Part shown: piece after piece, positions 50,157 to 54,143 of the stretch
How the letters are laid out: every line of letters starts with the position of its first letter
Numbering within the stretch: the stretch's first letter is position 1
NCBI GenBank assembly: GCA_009103225.1
Contig: RHPI01000385.1
Coordinates: 556,480 to 610,622, forward strand
DNA: 54,143 nucleotides
Origin: Chlorokybus atmophyticus
Lineage: Eukaryota; Plantae; Mesostigma and Chlorokybus algae
Reading direction: 5' to 3'
The notes under the pieces: model-generated
What the model saw: the letters and a program-made list of their open reading frames with translations, nothing else
Told to the model about the DNA's origin: nothing
Database searches by the model: none
Program-made: the position numbers and the translations under genes

Positions 50157-52073
50157 ATCGGCATACTTCCACAAGGCCTTGTGCTTCAGGAGCGCCTGCA
50201 TTTGTATGCTCCATGTGCTGTAGTTCTTTAGGTCAAGAGTTGCCACCGACAACCTGACGCTAGAGTCTTCATCTTCTGCCATCTTGTCACGCCTTCTTCA
50301 GAGGTCTTCCGCAAGTAGCAATTCCGCTCAGGTTTTCCACTAGTTGTAGTGCTGTCTCCTCTCTTGAACCACTAGCAGTGTGGGCCCATAACCTATTGAA
50401 CACTGAGCTAGCGCTGGCCAACTACAGCATACACATGCACCAGAACATACACACAAGGCGTGCACACAAGGCTTGCAATGGAGTTTCACCCGAACCAACA
50501 ACTTGTTAATTCTGTTGGCCTTTATACCAGTGTCGTGCCTTCCCGCATCGTGACTCGAACTCATCGTAAACCTCCTTGCCATGCATGTACGCATGCTATT
50601 ATACACCATGAGACCATGTCATGCTGCCTCATGCACCATCTCTCATCACATGAAGTTGACACACGCATGAAAGATGCGTGTCACCATGCAAAAGGTAGGC
50701 AAGTAGACCACAACTTGACTTGCAATCAGCCGTTCACTTGTGTAAAGCAGTCCCAACTCAATCCTCACTCAAAGTACATGCTAAGGCAGCCCATATGGTG
50801 CATCAAAGTCGCAACAGTGACACACACCCCTTCATGCACAGCAACGCACAGCAACGAACACGTGCACACACGCCATACATGCAAGCATGTGCACACGCAT
50901 CCGCTCAGCCAAGAACCTCTTCCCAAAGGTGTTGCTTGCACTCCAGTAGGCCAACTTGCATCCAACCAAACTAGGAAACAGGCTAGCAAAGCCTTATATA
51001 CCACCGTTGAGCTCAAGCCCAACCAACTCTCCAACTACCCTAACTGTCAATCTGCACCAGCATAGTAACAGTCATGGTGGCGTTGATAAGTAACGGTAAA
51101 CAGGAAAGGCTTATCCAAGCTCATCCTCTTCAAGTACACTTTAAGACGCATCTTTTGACGCCAACCCATGGCCAAACCGCCACTCCAACTGTAAGTTACG
51201 GCTTCTCAAAGTCACAACTCCGAAACAGCTGTGCGAGATACCATAGTGACCCAAATATGCTGTCAGCTCCGTATCTGACTGTAGATACGCCTCGAACACA
51301 CCTCCCTCACGTCCATGAGGACCCAAACATGAGTTCCCAATGAAAACCCAACACATAAACCCTGTAAAATGGCTATGAGAGCCAAAATCCCAAGGTCCAT
51401 CCATGTCGCCAGCCCCGAGGGCATCATGCACATGACACTACATGCTCGCGCATGACACCAGCCAGACTACATATGTCTACTTTAGCAAGCACCGCGTGAG
51501 CTATACTCAGCGGATTGCTAATATGTAAGCTTGGTTGTCTAGCTTACAACCAAAGCTTTCCAACAAGCTAAGCCACGCCGGATCGGCATACTTCCACAAG
51601 GCCTTGTGCTTCAGGAGCGCCTGCATTTGTATGCTCCATGTGCTGTAGTTCTTTAGGTCAAGAGTTGCCACCGACAACCTGACGCTAGAGTCTTCATCTT
51701 CTGCCATCTTGTCACGCCTTCTTCAGGGGTCTTCCGCAAGTAGCAATTCCGCTCAGGTTTTCCACTAGTTGTAGTGCTGTCTCCTCTCATGAACCACTAG
51801 CAGTGTGGGCCCATAACCTATTGAACACTGAGCTAGCGCTGGCCAACTACAGCATACACATGCACCAGAACATACACACAAGGCGTGCACACAAGGCTTG
51901 CAAAGGAGTTTCACCCGAACCAACAACTTGTTAATTCTGTTGGCCTTTATACCAGCCAGACTACATATGTCTACTTTAGCAAGCACCGCGTGAGCTATAC
52001 TCAGCGGATTGCTAACATGTAAGCTTGGTTGTTTAGCTTCCAACCAAAGCTTTCCAACAAGCTAAGCCACGCC
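50157..52073 (-). repeat. ~495-bp tandem duplication of partial LTR + PBS + leader + gag start of A; one copy carries element C
   Basis: Copy 1 is 50157-50530 plus 51458-51579; copy 2 is 51580-52073. About 6 differences by eye. Confidence 0.88.
50531..51457. mobile_element. Solo-LTR-like insert C (927 bp)
   Basis: Splits the LTR copy at ataccag|ccagac. Ends tgtcgtgc...gcatgaca; CCAG duplicated on both sides; no ORF. Confidence 0.8.
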
Positions 52074-52713
52074 TCCTAAGGCTAAGCATACGCGGAGTTC
52101 TCGCCGTTCTCCCAAGGCGTTGGCTGCGTCAGGCTGCGCCAGCCTCATGAGCAAGTCCGGAGTCTCCTGCTTGGTCATACTCCGCGTAGTGGATTCGATA
52201 TCTGCTACAGACTCATGACTGATCGATATCAGCTCTTACTAGTAGCAGTATCTATAAGGCGCATGCCTTAGCCAATTTACAAGTTGACTGGACTTAGCAG
52301 TGTGCAAGACATGCTCGTACTAACATGTTGTGCCGTTGCCTATGCCATTGTCAATCTGCTGCCTGCCGCGGGCGTGTCGCTCTCATGCTGCAGCTGCTTG
52401 CCATGCACCTGCCGCCCCCCATCATTGTTGCAGCAGCTGCTTGCTGTGCAGCTGCCGGAACCCCTTCGCCCATCATTGTGGATGCAGCTGCTTGCTGTAC
52501 GAATGTCATTTTCTGTGCTTATCGCTGCAGCTGCCGGCCCTCCCTTTGTCTTTGTTGCTGACACACCTCTTGCTGCCACGCCCCCCCTCCCCCCCCCCCC
52601 GCCCCTGCTGCGTAATTCAGCTGTGTGCTGCTTCTGCGGCGCATGTCTCGCTGCAGGTGCGCGGGGCTAACAGTGGTTAGCGCGACGTAATCACTATACC
52701 ATTGCCACCTTTG

Positions 52714-54143
52714 CTACGTGACCCGGCCTGATCTTGCTATCTTTCTCACACTCAACACGGTGTCTGCGCCCGCAGAGGACATTGTCATCGTCATCTCGCT
52801 CCTTGCCCGATCACAGACTGATGCCGACCAAAGCCTCTTTAAGGTGTCCATGTAAGTGTTCAACATGAGCTGGATGGAGTATCTGCAGACATAACTTGCA
52901 TTTAACACAAGTCAAAGAACGAGAGTACGAAAAAAGTTGCATGCAACTTTCAGTTGGCCCAGACTTGCCTTTTTTAAATGCTTGCTTCCACATGCTGCCT
53001 GGCAAAAATCATGCGCTTCACCCACTGCATACATCGTTCGTCGGCCCACTCCCAGTGATCGCGCACCGGACCAAGCCACATGCATTGCTCTGGTAGATGG
53101 CCAAGGAGGTGCAGCATCATTGTGAGCGAAGTCTGCGGGAAGAACAGCTCCACCTCCGACTGTGCCTCATGCACCAGCACCTGCAATGAATAATGCAAGT
53201 CATGCAACCTGTAGAAGCTAAGCATACACATGGAAGGTATGGTTAAAGCCCTAACCTGCAGTTTTTTAAGGTGTGACTGCTTCACTTCCAATGCAGTCAG
53301 CCGCTGATAGATGTCGCAGAGTTTGAGGATTGTTTTCTTCTGATCTTCTCCAATGTCATGTGCAGAGCGCAGCACGTACTGGAAAATCACGGACCACAAG
53401 TTGTGCTTGTCGTGCGATTTCATTGAGCCTGTGCTCACTACATCAGATGGCTAAGTGAACACAATGTGCAATGCAAGGACACTGAGTTGTTTTGCACGCA
53501 GTTGAGAACCATGGTGGTTGTCTCACCTAAATGCTTGGTGAAAGATTGCAGCTTAGAGCCGAAAGTGCTTAGAACCCTCACGCCTGAGAGTAATTGCTCA
53601 ACCAGCCCTGCATCCGTAATTGCCCATGGAGCCTGAGGTTTGACCTTAACTGCAACTTCATTTCCGTCTTTCGTCATCATCTCTATCTGCAACGCATCAT
53701 CACAAAGTCACACGAGTTGGCAGGCAGTCATCACAAGTGTCGCATAAGCCTGCAATACATGTAGCCAGAGTTCTGGCATGCGACCTTGCTGCTACAGATC
53801 TTCTCGAGTCTCATTGCTGTCGCGCAATCCAGCAAGCAGATTGGCCAAACTGGTTGCAAGATTGGCAAAAATGTGCATAGGGCCAATCACATGACCTTTT
53901 ACAGTTTTCTGTAAAGGCATCCAATAGGGAAGGTCGTGAAAACAGCCCGGGCCGGCTGTGGTGCCGCGGGCGCACAGCCTGCGCACTGTGTTTGACAGAG
54001 ACCGCAGCACCCTGCGCACTACTATTCCAACGCCGCATGGCAGGTGGCCCGGCGTCTCCCCTCCTCAGCCAGACTCGCCACCAGCGCCGCCCGCCCAGCC
54101 CGCGCCGGCGCCGGCGCAGGCTCCATCGAGGCAGCGCAGCACC
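52714..54143 (-). mobile_element. CACTA (En/Spm) transposase remnant with introns; continues beyond the window
   Basis: CFHDLPYW...PMHIFAN, GSMKSHDKH, FFPQTSLTMMLHLLGHL...GPVRDHWEWADERCMQWVK...EASI (Transposase_21/DUF4218-type motifs). In-frame TAG near 53792. Confidence 0.85.

Larger units (their letters stand above)
44116..50282 (-). pseudogene. Copia A gag-pol, disrupted by stops, frameshifts and element B
   Basis: Gag CHYCGKKGHFKMEC, PR WVLDSG, IN LVHSDVCGP / RSDRGGEY / PQQNG, RT RYKARLVVKGY / LDVKTAF / LYGLKQAP / VYADD, RH AEAEY / CDNQGAI / KHIDV. The RH tail EEMLGDCTTKPL resumes at 44199. Confidence 0.93.
43582..52325 (-). mobile_element. Ty1/Copia LTR retrotransposon A (decayed), with nested insertions
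   Basis: 3' LTR 43582-44099, 5' LTR 51819-52325, TSD TGTTG (43577-81 and 52326-30), PBS 51806-51818, PPT gcgtgggag, domain order gag-PR-IN-RT-RH. Confidence 0.96.

Noticed and set aside
52692-52696. CACTA pentamer as the element terminus
   Set aside because: Only ~20 bp from the last ORF stop, with no subterminal repeats and no partner end visible; likely chance.

Overview
Eukaryotic nuclear DNA from a green photosynthetic organism. The basis is short spliceosomal introns, a plastid-transit-peptide rhodanese, and plant-like BI-1, ZOP1 and TOUGH genes; an alga is my inference. Nine intron-containing host genes were reconstructed by hand with frame-consistent splice sites: MRPL47, OLA1, cytosolic HSP90, Bax inhibitor-1, a small SMIM13-like membrane protein, DPH1, ZOP1-like, TGH/GPATCH1 and a rhodanese. 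Three of the pairs are divergently transcribed. The last 15 kb is a transposon nest. It holds an intron-bearing pogo/Tigger element (TIRs, TA TSD) and a decayed Copia element A (TSD TGTTG) sitting in a small intron of an unknown ORF. Inside A are a gag-only Copia B (TSD TCCTC) in A's RNase H, a ~495 bp tandem duplication at A's 5' end, and a solo-LTR-like insert C (TSD CCAG). A CACTA transposase runs off the window end. The least explained signal is a decayed minus-strand ORF at 13.1-14.4 kb, built of five ~28 aa core repeats joined by two linker types, with palindromic alterations at one linker site. Other notable points are 2-3 GC-AG introns among ~41, half-tRNA(iMet) primer binding sites, and ~10 W-boxes packed into LTR B. 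All comparisons were made by eye and no database searches were run.
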